NCBI GenBank assembly: GCA_013115125.1
Contig: JABANN010000003.1
Coordinates: forward strand, 1 to 64,000
Source: Perkinsus olseni
Taxonomy: Eukaryota
Direction: 5' to 3'
DNA length: 64,000 nt
Shown: positions 22,536 to 36,190 of the stretch, piece by piece
How positions within the stretch are numbered: position 1 is the stretch's first letter
How the letters are laid out: each line of letters opens with the position of its first letter
Notes under the pieces: model-generated
Told to the model about the DNA's origin: nothing
The model's database searches: none
Seen by the model: the letters and a program-made list of their open reading frames with translations, nothing else
Made by a program: the position numbers and the translations under genes

Positions 22536-23493
22536 ATGATCAATGGGTCTTCCAAGATGATTCGGACGAAGTTATCAGAAGACATGATTCCCCGTGTATC
22601 GGGTTCGAGCGGGCAAATTACCATCGACGAGTCGTGTATGGTAAATGGATACGACGGTACGCTACTTGAGAGGTTACAGGGGAGCTGGATGAGAAAATGC
22701 ACGTCGGGACTCGACATATCCGTTCGAAGAGGCGCCGGAGCTACTGGGCCACTGGAGCCAGAAGTTGAGGCTTTTCCGCGAGCAGGAGGTTCTATGGGCC
22801 GTTGTGATTCATTGTCGGGGAGCTTCATAGTGACTGAAAGTGACGATCGTGGCACAAACCAGGTCTCGCAACCGGGGGTAGCAAAGGCGGACTCGGAGGT
22901 CGATTATCTCGCTATGTCTGTCGCTCGGATGCGGCTGATGGATGCAGGTTGCTTTGTCGGCTGGATCCTCGCTGTGGATCCCACGTCAGTTTTCGGGTCG
23001 GCCAAGTACTCCTACGGTTTGCGTGCGTCCTGTGTTATTCACGGGTACTGCCGCCCCTTACTCATTGAGATTCCTCGTAATCGTCGCAACGGCTTGGATG
23101 ACTTGGTAGGGGCGCCTCTTCCGGATCTTCGGTGGGAGATGGAGAGTGGGGAAGAGAGCGTCGACAGGCTCGGCGTGTTCCTGCGGTTTCTAGTAGCGCA
23201 ACTTGTTGGGGTGAGCGTGAAGCTGAGTAAGCTGAAGTGCCTGCGACCTGATCGAGTCGTATTCGAGAGGCTAGATGTTCTGCTCAAGTGAGATCCCGCC
23301 AAGGACTCCTTCTGTCAATAGTCCCATATGCAGGTACAAGCCTTTGTTAAATCTTTTCAGAGAAAGTCAGTTCTGCGCTGAATCTAATGGTGATCGTTCA
23401 TCTTGCCACATCAGTGATCGAGAGGATGGGACGATCGCGGTCGATTTGACATGCGAGGAATTAGAAACATGTGAACTCCTGAATATTCATTGA
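22536..23493 (+). CDS. Hypothetical protein
   Basis: 251-aa ORF plus a spliced last exon (YKPLLNLF...LLNIH*). No family recognised; start uncertain. Confidence 0.5.
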
Positions 23494-23587
23494 CAAGTTT
23501 CCTTCTTTAGCTAATGCGCTCTTGAGTTGGTCATTAACCCCCATGTGTCACGTGATCTCGGGGAGTTGAGGGATTTGAACCGGCCTC

Positions 23588-26552
<2,965 letters not shown>

Positions 26553-26711
26553 CGTAGTCCGAGAGAACTGTAGCATTCAAGCTGTCATAGTTGTGAGCAT
26601 CTTTCGGCAATGTCAATGAGATCATTTCCATGCCGACGAATTGAGGTATTCTCTCTATGGCGTTGTTGTGTTGTTGTAGTCCGTTCTCGCAGCACTGTCA
26701 GTTCCCCAAGT

Positions 26712-27992
26712 ATGACTATGCATCCACTAACCAGTGGGTTGCGCGACTACGTCACTGCCGCCGACCATACCAGGTGATAATTTCATTTTCGTTCGAAGGC
26801 TTTCGCGGAGGGCGGAATTAGATACGACGGCTTGGCGGATGGTTTTATACGAGTGGATGTGACACATAGCAATTTACAGGCCCGAGTTCATGATGCGACC
26901 CTCTCTCTGGATGCTCCCATCAGTTAGCTTTTGTATCCACCGATGTACGCTGAAGCCCTGGTGCATTCAGGCTCGGTGAAGCAAAAGCTGTACAAAAGAA
27001 ATGGAACCACCGTTGACCACATGCAGCTATTCCTGAGGCGCGGGGACGGGAGCATGATTTTCCTCTACGATGACAAGCTCACTTTGAGGTAGCCATCGCT
27101 GTCAACTCGCTCCGCCATGCCCATTCGTACAAGGGATTTCGGGGCTGGGAATGGCGACTCGATCCACATCAAAGACACTGATCCCTATAGCGTATCGGCT
27201 GGCGGGGCCCTGGAAAATCTGGAGCTGGTACCTGGGACGCGAGCCGTATGCCAATCATATACTGCTTTGAGGTTAGGTTGATAAATACGAAATGGACGAT
27301 GAAACGTATGATAAACGGACTAACACACTGAGGCACTACATCCGGGAACAGAGGAAGATTAACCCGAAGTTCAAGCTCAAGTTCGGGCCTCAGAAAACGG
27401 AGAATGGTCGGCACCGGGGTTGTTGAGGATCCCCCGCCGAACACGTTTTGATCGTCAGAAAGCGAGAATGCTGCAGTTCCGGAGAGACCGCCTACGCCAG
27501 ATAATGCAAAGGAAAAGTAGAGACCCTGAGCACGTTACCAGCTGAGGGGAACTAGCAGGTATGCGATAGGCAAGCGGTGCGAGGTTAATCCTGGCGGCCG
27601 TCGTGGGGAAGTGGCTTACCGCGGACCAGTGAGGGGACTCCCTAAAGGCAAGAATTGATTGTCTTATTCTTGCTGCCATAGCTCATATTAGGCACGTGGA
27701 TCGGCGTTCGCCTTGATGAGCCACAGGGTAGGTCCGATGGCACTGGTCCCGACGGAAAGAAGTACTTCGACTGTCCTATGGGGTAACCTATTTTTCGGGC
27801 TGTTCGATTTTGTTGCCAGTTTCGAAACCTCAGGCCTGGCTATGGTTGCTTCGTGCGATGTGAGAATGTAAGGGCGGAGACTTTTCTCAGCGCTTCCTGT
27901 ATTGTAGTGTCTCACGCACTCAGGTCAGCGTCGGAGAAGAGTTCGCGCCGACTGATCCTTTCGCGGAGCTATCGTCTGAGGATGAACTTTGA
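26712..27992 (+). CDS. TBCB: Tubulin-folding cofactor B (UBL + CAP-Gly)
   Basis: UBL ([18 protein letters not shown]), IKDTDPYS...[22 protein letters not shown]-Gly [40 protein letters not shown], acidic end EDEL*. Confidence 0.92.
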
Positions 27993-28097
27993 GGCTCTCT
28001 GTCCGGTGTGTTTGTTGAGAATTAAGCATCACTTCTGAGCTCGGTTGTGTTTTCCTCTAGAAATCTGTGCCAGGGTTGTCATATTTCCCCATTTGTA

Positions 28098-29330
28098 ATG
28101 CTTCGCGCTCTGCTGTATTATCTCATGATCGGCGTAGCCGTAGCAGACCAGCGGCCCCATGGAGCCTACTGTGGGAGCTATAAGGAGCTTGTGAGCCGAG
28201 AAATTCACTCAGCTTAACTCTGGAATTCCGAGAAAAACCAGGTCAGAAATGGGCGAATAACTATCGACGATGACACCCATTTCGATATTTACCTAGAAGT
28301 CTTCGTGGAAGAAGTTGACTGCAGGCGAGAGGAATATCAGGTGTGTCGTGGACCCTCTGCCATAGCACGGCGGTCGCGACATAGTGTTAGTTTCAGTACG
28401 ACCCGGAGAGCCACACGGTGCAACTTCCGCACTGGCAGGACCCAGAGGATTGTATCAACAAAAAACTCAACGCATTCGGCGGTGGGACATCTCGAGTGGT
28501 TTGTGTCGCTTGACTGGTTGGCTGTTTTCAGTCAAACTGGACTCGATAGTGCTCAACTATGACAGTGGTTCGGACAAGTTGACGCTGGAGATAAATCACA
28601 AGTGAGATTCGTCTCTCACACTCCCCTAATGCCTTTGCAGAATTAAAACGACCATGGAGCAGTGCGGAGAAGTCGGGGATAAACACGAGGGCGATTGGCC
28701 TGACTTAGGATTGGAGGTCTTCCCGAGTAAGATGGAGAAATTACTGGCCGCTGGAATCCATCCATATCTCAGTCACCTTCAGCCGGCGACGTGCTCTGTG
28801 CGGCAAATTCTGCGGCAACGCCACTGGTATAACTGGGACCAAGATATGCGTGACAGTCATCTTCCTAGTGCCTTAGACGTGTTGAAGAATGGGACAATAT
28901 TCTTCCTGAACTCTACTCATGTTGATCTCTCCGGAAGATCTTTCGGAATGGACTTAAGCTGTACCGGAGAAAGATACACTGTGAGTCGTGCTCCGGGGAG
29001 TCTTGACCTCAATTCTCTTCCATAGTTCAACAGCACTTCTGGGATGATCAACTTCCCCGATTCCCACAAATCCGACGATTGCCTCCATCGAGTGCTGCGG
29101 CCTTTCGGGCGTAAGTCTCAGTGCGTCCTCGTCCAGACTCTCTACTCCTTATTCCTTATTTTCCTGTGCTCCGTTTTTCAGTCGACCGATTGTACTGCAT
29201 GTACAATAAGACGGAGGATGGTCTCCGTGTCGGGTTAAACGAATGGCGTTACATTCCCTTCACCCGATGCGACGAAGTTTCATTTGATAATTTCGGATCA
29301 GGTGTGCAGAAATGCACCACGAGTTTGTAA
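28098..29330 (+). CDS. Secreted protein with two tandem ~105-aa four-cysteine domains
   Basis: Signal peptide MLRALLYYLMIGVAVA; spliced domains PHGAYCG...VDCRREEYQYD..LP..EDC...MEQC and LCGKFCG...LSCTGERYTFN..FP..DDC...FTRC. Confidence 0.8.
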
Positions 29331-29747
29331 ATACCTTTCTCTGCCAGGTGTTGGGGAGGAGGTCGTAGTAATATACCTGTGACGGAAGACTGCATTTGGC
29401 GGCCTTAATAATGCCGTTGATCATTCGCTTTCGGCGAAGTCGACGACCCAACTTTTTCATAGGATTAGTTGTTGAGTTCGATGTGGTGACGGATGGTGTC
29501 GAGCTGGCTCCCGTTCACGGCGATTTAACTCAATCTATAGACGAGTTCACACTCCTTACGACGCTCGAAAACGCGACTCATATGCCCCACTGTGAAATCT
29601 AAACGTCTAAGACGTATACTCTGAACTGATCATCTCAAAAGAATATTGAATAATGAATGATTATGTGAGAATTGTGATAGCTCCTCTAGTGAGGCCTGAA
29701 GCCCACCAATGAGGCTGAGACCTTCTAATGAGCTCCCAAGGTGATTC

Positions 29748-31523
29748 TCAGACGCCACTCGGTTGTTGATGTTGACGTCGGGTGGACTGGAAGTGGCCCG
29801 CAATATAGGATGGCTGACTGGTGATAACTCCAGTCGTCCCGATGCGTCCAGTCCCCTGTGATGGCTTTATATCAGCTGCTTTTGGCGTCATTCTCGGGAA
29901 GGCCGTACGACCAGGCGCTCGAGCAATCGGTGTCACCCCAACGGCCGTCAACCAATCGGTTGGCATGCTGGTAGCTGTCTGATCAACTTCTTCATAGGGT
30001 TGAATCTGCTTGTCGAGATGCCAGTGGGTGGCCTTGACGTTGCCGTACTTTTCCTGAGAGCCAAGACGAATGAGCGTCTCCTTCAAGCCCTGCTTCACTT
30101 GAGAGACTCGGCGCTGCTTGAGGGAAGATTCGCTACGCTCGCGAGCCACTGGCCAATTGGCAACCGAGTTGAACTCTTCCTCGAAGGGGGAGTAGCTCCT
30201 GAAGTCGTGTATGCTCTCCTGGCCCATGAACCGGGGGAACTCCTCTTCAAAAGGGCTCACAGTGGTGTCCTCGGGCAAAGGAGTCGGGTCGATGTGCTCA
30301 GCAGTCGGAAAGCTACCCACTCTCGCTCTTAGACCCGGGTTGACATTGCTTTGCATCCATGTCTGAGATAACATATCGACGTTCTGTAGATGAGGGAAGT
30401 CTTCGTCGAAAGGGCTGACCGTAGGATCTTCTGGCAGGGGCGAGTAGTCGACGTTCTTAGTTGGGAAGGTACCCATGCTGACGGTGAGATCCGGGTTCAC
30501 ATTGCTCTGGCAATACCCCTTCATATGAGGGAAGTCTTCGTCGAATGGGCTCTCTGTCATGTCCTCCGGGAGTGGCCTGGAATCCCATTTCTTCGTCGGC
30601 ATCGTACCGTCCTTTGCACGCAACGTGGGGTTGACGTTGCTCTCCCAGTAGCTGCTTGGTAGAGGAAAGTGCTCGTCAAAAGGGCTGACACTGTCATCGT
30701 CAGGCAGAGGCTTCTTATTAATGTTCTTAGTGGGCAGAGTACTATGAGCCACCGGTAGAGTGGGGTTCACGTTGCTAGTCACCATGTGCTGAAGTCGGTT
30801 CTCGTCAACTGGAATCGGCCACTCATCATCAAAGGGGCTCACAGAGTTGTCTTCATCCAGTGGCGTCGTATCCGCGTGAACCGTAGGGAACGTGTTGCTC
30901 CTCACGCGCAAGCCCTTGTTGATATTGCTCTGAGTCAAAGTCTTGTGGTCAGTCAAGACGTCCCACATATCGTCGAATGGGCTCACGGCGAAGTCTTCTG
31001 GGATGGGCGCCATACCAATCTTCTTGCTAGGCAGACTGCCAATACTAACAGTCAGGTTAGGGTTGACGTTGCTCATCTTATGACTCTGTAGAATCGGGAA
31101 CTCCTCGTCGAACGGGCTGACGGACGCATCTTCGGGTAGGGGAGTTCTGTCAATATGCTTGGTCGGAAAGGTCCCGATGTGAACCTTCAGGTTTGGGTTC
31201 ACATTACTACTCTGAACGTCCTGGGACAGACGACGATGGTGCTTCTTGCTAGTGCTATGCCTCCTACCAGCAGTAGTGTGAGAGATCGAACTTGGGGACA
31301 TCATTGGCATTTCCGCTATGATGCCTGTGTACTTGGAAGAGGTCGAGCCCGAAGGCAAGTGCAAGCCCTTCGAAATGGCTTTGCTAGCTTTATCGCCAAG
31401 AGCAGCGTCCTCCTGATACCCTCCTCCGTGTAGCTGAGGTAGCTGGTAGTGAGACCAACCGCCATGGCCGGTGGGGTGGATGTACTGCAGAGGCACGTCC
31501 GACTTGTAAGAATGGTGGTCCAT
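29748..31523 (-). CDS. Intronless protein with seven ~45-52 aa SNVNP...SPFDEEFP repeats
   Basis: Long uninterrupted ORF (first ATG of MDHHSYK at 31523; track extends it to 31670). Repeats are conserved at protein level with synonymous divergence. Confidence 0.85.
   Translation of the reverse strand: MDHHSYKSDVPLQYIHPTGHGGWSHYQLPQLHGGGYQEDAALGDKASKAISKGLHLPSGSTSSKYTGIIAEMPMMSPSSISHTTAGRRHSTSKKHHRRLSQDVQSSNVNPNLKVHIGTFPTKHIDRTPLPEDASVSPFDEEFPILQSHKMSNVNPNLTVSIGSLPSKKIGMAPIPEDFAVSPFDDMWDVLTDHKTLTQSNINKGLRVRSNTFPTVHADTTPLDEDNSVSPFDDEWPIPVDENRLQHMVTSNVNPTLPVAHSTLPTKNINKKPLPDDDSVSPFDEHFPLPSSYWESNVNPTLRAKDGTMPTKKWDSRPLPEDMTESPFDEDFPHMKGYCQSNVNPDLTVSMGTFPTKNVDYSPLPEDPTVSPFDEDFPHLQNVDMLSQTWMQSNVNPGLRARVGSFPTAEHIDPTPLPEDTTVSPFEEEFPRFMGQESIHDFRSYSPFEEEFNSVANWPVARERSESSLKQRRVSQVKQGLKETLIRLGSQEKYGNVKATHWHLDKQIQPYEEVDQTATSMPTDWLTAVGVTPIARAPGRTAFPRMTPKAADIKPSQGTGRIGTTGVITSQPSYIAGHFQSTRRQHQQPSGV
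30171..31208 (-). repeat. Coding tandem repeat, 7 full units plus 1 partial
   Basis: Consensus SN[VI]NPxLxVxxG[TS]FPTKxxDxxPLPEDxxVSPFD[ED]xFP, plus a final YSPFEEEF. Confidence 0.9.
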
Positions 31524-31880
31524 ACGACCATACTTGTTGGTGGTCCTCGAGATCACAGCGCTGGCAGGCTGCTGGACGAGGAACATGCGTTGACTTATCA
31601 AATATAATCGCCTAAGGTGCGGCAACACATCCCGCGTAGTCTGGTTGGCTCTGCAAGTCCGAACGTTCAAACGTGACCCGCTACATGCCCGGCATCGACC
31701 TGAATGAGCCCCCTCCCCGCTATGGCTATGACGTATAGCCTCGTCTTTGACAACTCACTCACGGCTCACCTTCTTTGACACGATAACAATTCCACACTTG
31801 ATCACCACGTCTGAACGCGTGCCAGCTATCCGACAGAGAAGAGGCGCTCGTCATTGTAATCGACAGTAACTGCGGTCATC

Positions 31881-34800
31881 ATGCGCCGTGGGGCTCGCGC
31901 ACGCCCGGACCGCGAGACAAGCCACTACGGAGAAGAGTTATGGGAGTGAACGGGATCTTCCTGTTTTCAGTTCGGTGGTTCTCTGTGTGAATTAATCCGC
32001 CAGGAGCTCGTGCCGCATTACTGAGCAAAGGACGTGTTTCACCTGATGTCGCAGGATGAGTAAGTTTGACTTCGCGGCTGTATCAGTGGCTTTGGTCTTC
32101 TAGAGCCGCATCTATAGATCTAGATCAGTGGACTCCCCCTTCGTTCGCGGGTGAACGGAGTCTGCCAGGAACGGTAAAAACTTCAGGCTTAGAGGATTTG
32201 GGAGTGGGAGAACTAGCTCGGTCGAAATACGCGTGCAAGATTGAGTGAATCGCTTTGTCTTGTCGACTTTAGGTCACCCATCGTGTCCAACACCGATGTA
32301 GCTGTTATTCGTGTTACTGTGCAGAGTCTAAGGGACTTACAACTATCGATCGATGCCCCTAGAGCGAGGTAATGAAGGAACTGACGGCTCAGTGGTGGAA
32401 GATCAGTCGGCTCCTCAGGCTGGAGGCGTTTCAAGGGATCACATCATGGCTGCGATCCTTAGCCAGCGCTCGTCGCAATGCTGGTTCCGTGCCCGCGGAG
32501 CTAGACCAGGCCATTAGAGTTCTGCTACGTTTGAAATATACATGTAGATTTGCCGATATTAGGCATGCGGCTGATGTAAGATGGTAGAAGAGGGGAGAAG
32601 GCCGCGTCCCTGCGCCTTTCTCTACTCTCGCGTTGCTGTCAGAGCTTCCTAGCTTCCCAAAGAAATTCTGGTATTGCGGTAGCGGCGCGGTACATTGACA
32701 CGGAAGTCAGCAGGTTTTCGAAGAGTAAGACAATGGATCGCATCTTGTCCACATCAGCAGCCGCTTCCAGACCCCCATCTTGTGACGGTTCCCGCAGTGG
32801 ACTGGTCGCTGTTCGATTCTAGCTCGTCAGCTAGGATAACGCACTTGGTAATGGATGGCGTTGGCGTGCAGGGTATGTGTAGTTCCCACGGCTTTGCAGG
32901 ACTGGGCTCTATCGACTGTGCCACGGTTCTATGTGAACTATTCCCGGACCATGGATATTCTCATGTTCCAAGAAGGAGGTCTACAGCTCCACTGGAGGTG
33001 ATCGGCCGCGCTTTTCTCTGTGACTCAGGAGTAGCTCTTCCCTGATGATCTCAGGCACTTCATAGCCATGATCGCGGCTTCTCGGCACAACTGCGAGTAC
33101 TTGGTCCGGAATCAAATGGAGCTTTTCCTGTAGTCCTGGCGATTCGGGTGGTATCGGTGTTTACCGGCTTCCACTCAGGGCATCCGGTGGTGATGGTGCG
33201 TGGCTGACCGATCCTACAACCATACCGAAGCAGCTGCGGGCCTTGCATGTATCATTCCCGTTGCGCCTTGCTCAGCTGCGCAAGCACGAGTTCATTTCAG
33301 GACGTGAATCTCATACTGTGCCACAAGCCTTGGGATCTCAAACAGCGCCACATGGAGGATTTGCTCCAGGTAGCTCGCTCCCAGCATGCCGCCGAAGCAT
33401 TCAGTAGTCGGCGTTTTGTTCAGGTGTGGTCGAAGGCCGACTTGGTCGTTGCCCTGGCCATACTTAGGTAATTGGGCTTCGGTGCTGAAAGCCTCTGCTG
33501 GGATGATCGTCAGTCATGTATCTGTTCTTCCTGTCAGTACGTTCCACACTCTACCCGTTGTGGCGTTCGGCCTCGGTCTTGAAGTGGAACCTGATCTCCG
33601 CCTCGAGCCCGGCGAAGTGTTTTTCGACGATCCACCTTACGACCCTGATACTGAAAGGATGCCAAGGTAATGGTGGGCCTCCCTCTTGGAGCCGGGGTGG
33701 AAGCTCGTATTCAGTTGCTTCCTGGACAACACAGGAGCCATACCATTCACCGCCCAGAGGCTCATAGAGCACGCAGAAAGAGACTCAGACGATGAATCGG
33801 AAAGCCGACCCTCTGTTGGTAGGGAGGGCGGTAGTTTTGTGAAATTTCAAGTCCGGTACACGAAGTCTTCAGAGTACTTGACGAAGGATCCCATAACCCG
33901 GGAGGACTCCCACCCGTCTTTCGGCAAGCTCTCCGAGCACTACTGGATGTTCGGTTCATCTCCGAAGTCGCGAGAAAATGAGGTGGTAGCAACTCTTGCA
34001 TCGCAGAGATCATTAGTCGAGTAGTTGTGAGACAAATGACTCTCTCTCAGACGAGCCGGCCGGCATCATCGGCATCCCAGGCGAGAACGCGACATGGTGG
34101 AGGAAAGCAGCCTCAAAGTGTAAGAATCTTCGGCATTCAGGAGCTGCATCCTTTCTCTCGCTCTTGACCGTTCTCCTCAGGCTGAGGCCTCTTCGCAAGC
34201 ATCGTCGTCATCTGCGATTCGTCTCTCTGAAGGGAAGAAATCCAACCTCAGTTCGGTGATGAATGCTTACCCGCGTGTCCGAGCGCCAAGTTGCAGACGG
34301 TAGTACGGAGTCGCTAGGCGATCTTTCACCGTATTTCCGTCCTTATTTGTTCGGGGCAGGTTCCGACACCCTCCCCACTCCTCACAAGATAAAACAGGAG
34401 AGAAGGAAGACTGGTGAGCGACCCATTAGCTTGACCGTTGAGAGCTCAAACTCATAATTCCGCTTTCAGTGGCCAGTGCGGGAAGCCTTTGCACTACTTT
34501 GACTTTGACGTCCGAGGCTCGAGGGGCATCCCGTGGGACTCGCAGTTTTCTTGGGACGAGCAGGCCCGCGTCCTGATGAATCATCTTTTGCTAGATGGCT
34601 CGCTCACGGATGCCATAGATCGAGAGTAGTGCTGGCTCGCAATGGGACGTGACAGTGAGGATTACTTGCTTGCGCTCAGGTACATGGAGGCTATGGAGTC
34701 TGCTACAGATCATATTGGATCACGGAGTGTACCCAGCACCCTGCCACTACGTCAAGCCATCTTGGTGTACGTGCATCAAATGTACGGCATAGCACATCAT

Positions 34801-35163
34801 GACTATGACTATACTCAGCAGAATAAGGTGGGTCTACTGACATTTTCCGATTCACTCAACCTATCTTCATTCAGTTCCTCACGTTGCTACAAAAGGTTGT
34901 GTTGAAGAAGCTGGTATGCTATCCAGAGCGGTTCTCTAAGGCTGATTTTGGTCGATTCATGAATATCGAACAGTTGGAGTTCTGGGAGATGGCAGACTAT
35001 GTTTATCTTATTTTTCAAGGTGCGTTCTGCTTGCCACGGCTGTATCGTTTCTCCCGAGAAAATTGTCTCCGTTTCAGCCCGTCGCGTTGTGGAACTAACG
35101 TATGCACTGCGAGCCCTCAACAATGCAATGTCGGCGTTAGATGGCCAGCTATGCCAACGATAG
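31881..35163 (+). CDS. SESN: Sestrin (PA26 family)
   Basis: LPDDLRHFIAMIAASRHNCEYLV, NLILCHKPWDL, WSKADLVVALAIL..FHTLPVVAFGLG, FSWDEQ, LRQAILVYVHQMYGIAHHDYDY, KKLVCYPE, ARRVVELTYALRAL. Start approximate. Confidence 0.88.
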
Positions 35164-35560
35164 CGGTTTCTCTAGCAGTCCATGTATTCAACGTTATACC
35201 GGGACGTGAGGTTGAGATACCATGCCGGCATACTTGTTGCAACCGTGGTTGCACTGTGGATGCATTGACAAGCCTCATCGTCGGCTGTGATTTCCGTTTG
35301 TATTAACCGCGAGTCACGAACGACACACGGTAGCTGTCATAATTATATTCTCTCGATGAGGACGTAGTATCTAGTTTCCTCAGCATCAGTGTGAGGAATG
35401 TGTAATGAGATATATACAAAGTGTAGAGTTTCGAGTTTTAATTTGAGAGCTTCCTCAGTGTGGGGCTCCGAAGAGGTCCCTTGCGAGTGGATATCTCAGT
35501 CTATATTTGCGCCCATTCATGAAGGCGAGTTATGCTACAGATTCTCTATTTTCTCCCGCT

Positions 35561-35965
35561 ATGTCTCTGGCGTATCGGGCCGCTTGCTCGTTATCATCGG
35601 CGTTATGTAGGGGAGCGTCCGTTAGCCTGCAATCAGCCATCAGTCCATCACGTAAGGCTGTTACTCTACGCGCGTTCAAGAAAGGATATTGATGTTCATC
35701 AGACCTGGTTGCATCTGCTATTCTGGATAAGCCGCGAGCTGAGGTACCACCACTACGAATATATACTGGCGGGAAGCCCAACTACCGGAAGAAAGGACGG
35801 TGAGTGGCACTCTGTGTAAAACTCGCCTTAATCATCTGTACTGAGGGGAGTTCCCGAGCATCGTTGTCGAATTGCATTGATTTTGGTCTGGTCAGGCGCA
35901 AGATGGGAATGGCGAACACCAAGTCAAGGAGACGAAATTGCATCTTTGGTCAACTTCACAGCTAG
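35561..35965 (+). CDS. 85-aa basic protein with a mitochondrial-type presequence (3 exons)
   Basis: Exons 35561-35651, 35703-35799, 35896-35965 join in frame via GT-AG introns: MSLAYRAACSLSSALCRG...LRIYTGGKPNYRKKGRRKMGMANTKSRRRNCIFGQLHS*. Confidence 0.6.
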
Positions 35966-36190
35966 CTCATGCGTCATAGAAGTGTGCTCGTTTCTGAAAT
36001 TACCTTGTTTTGTATGCGAGTTTGAGGCCGATACACTGCTATGATCATATACCCCATCTAATTCGATTGTCATGAATATGAGAGACAATTTGCCCACCTT
36101 TGTTGGATGTACTGTCAGCTAATTGATGCAACAGCTATGCACTCGAATAACGAGTTTGTAACCAACGCAATTCTTCCGAGCAAGTTGAGG

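Noticed and set aside
27629-27691. Apparent GC-AG intron in TBCB (27648-27691)
   Set aside because: An in-frame GT-AG alternative (27629-27681) also exists; cannot be decided without RNA data.
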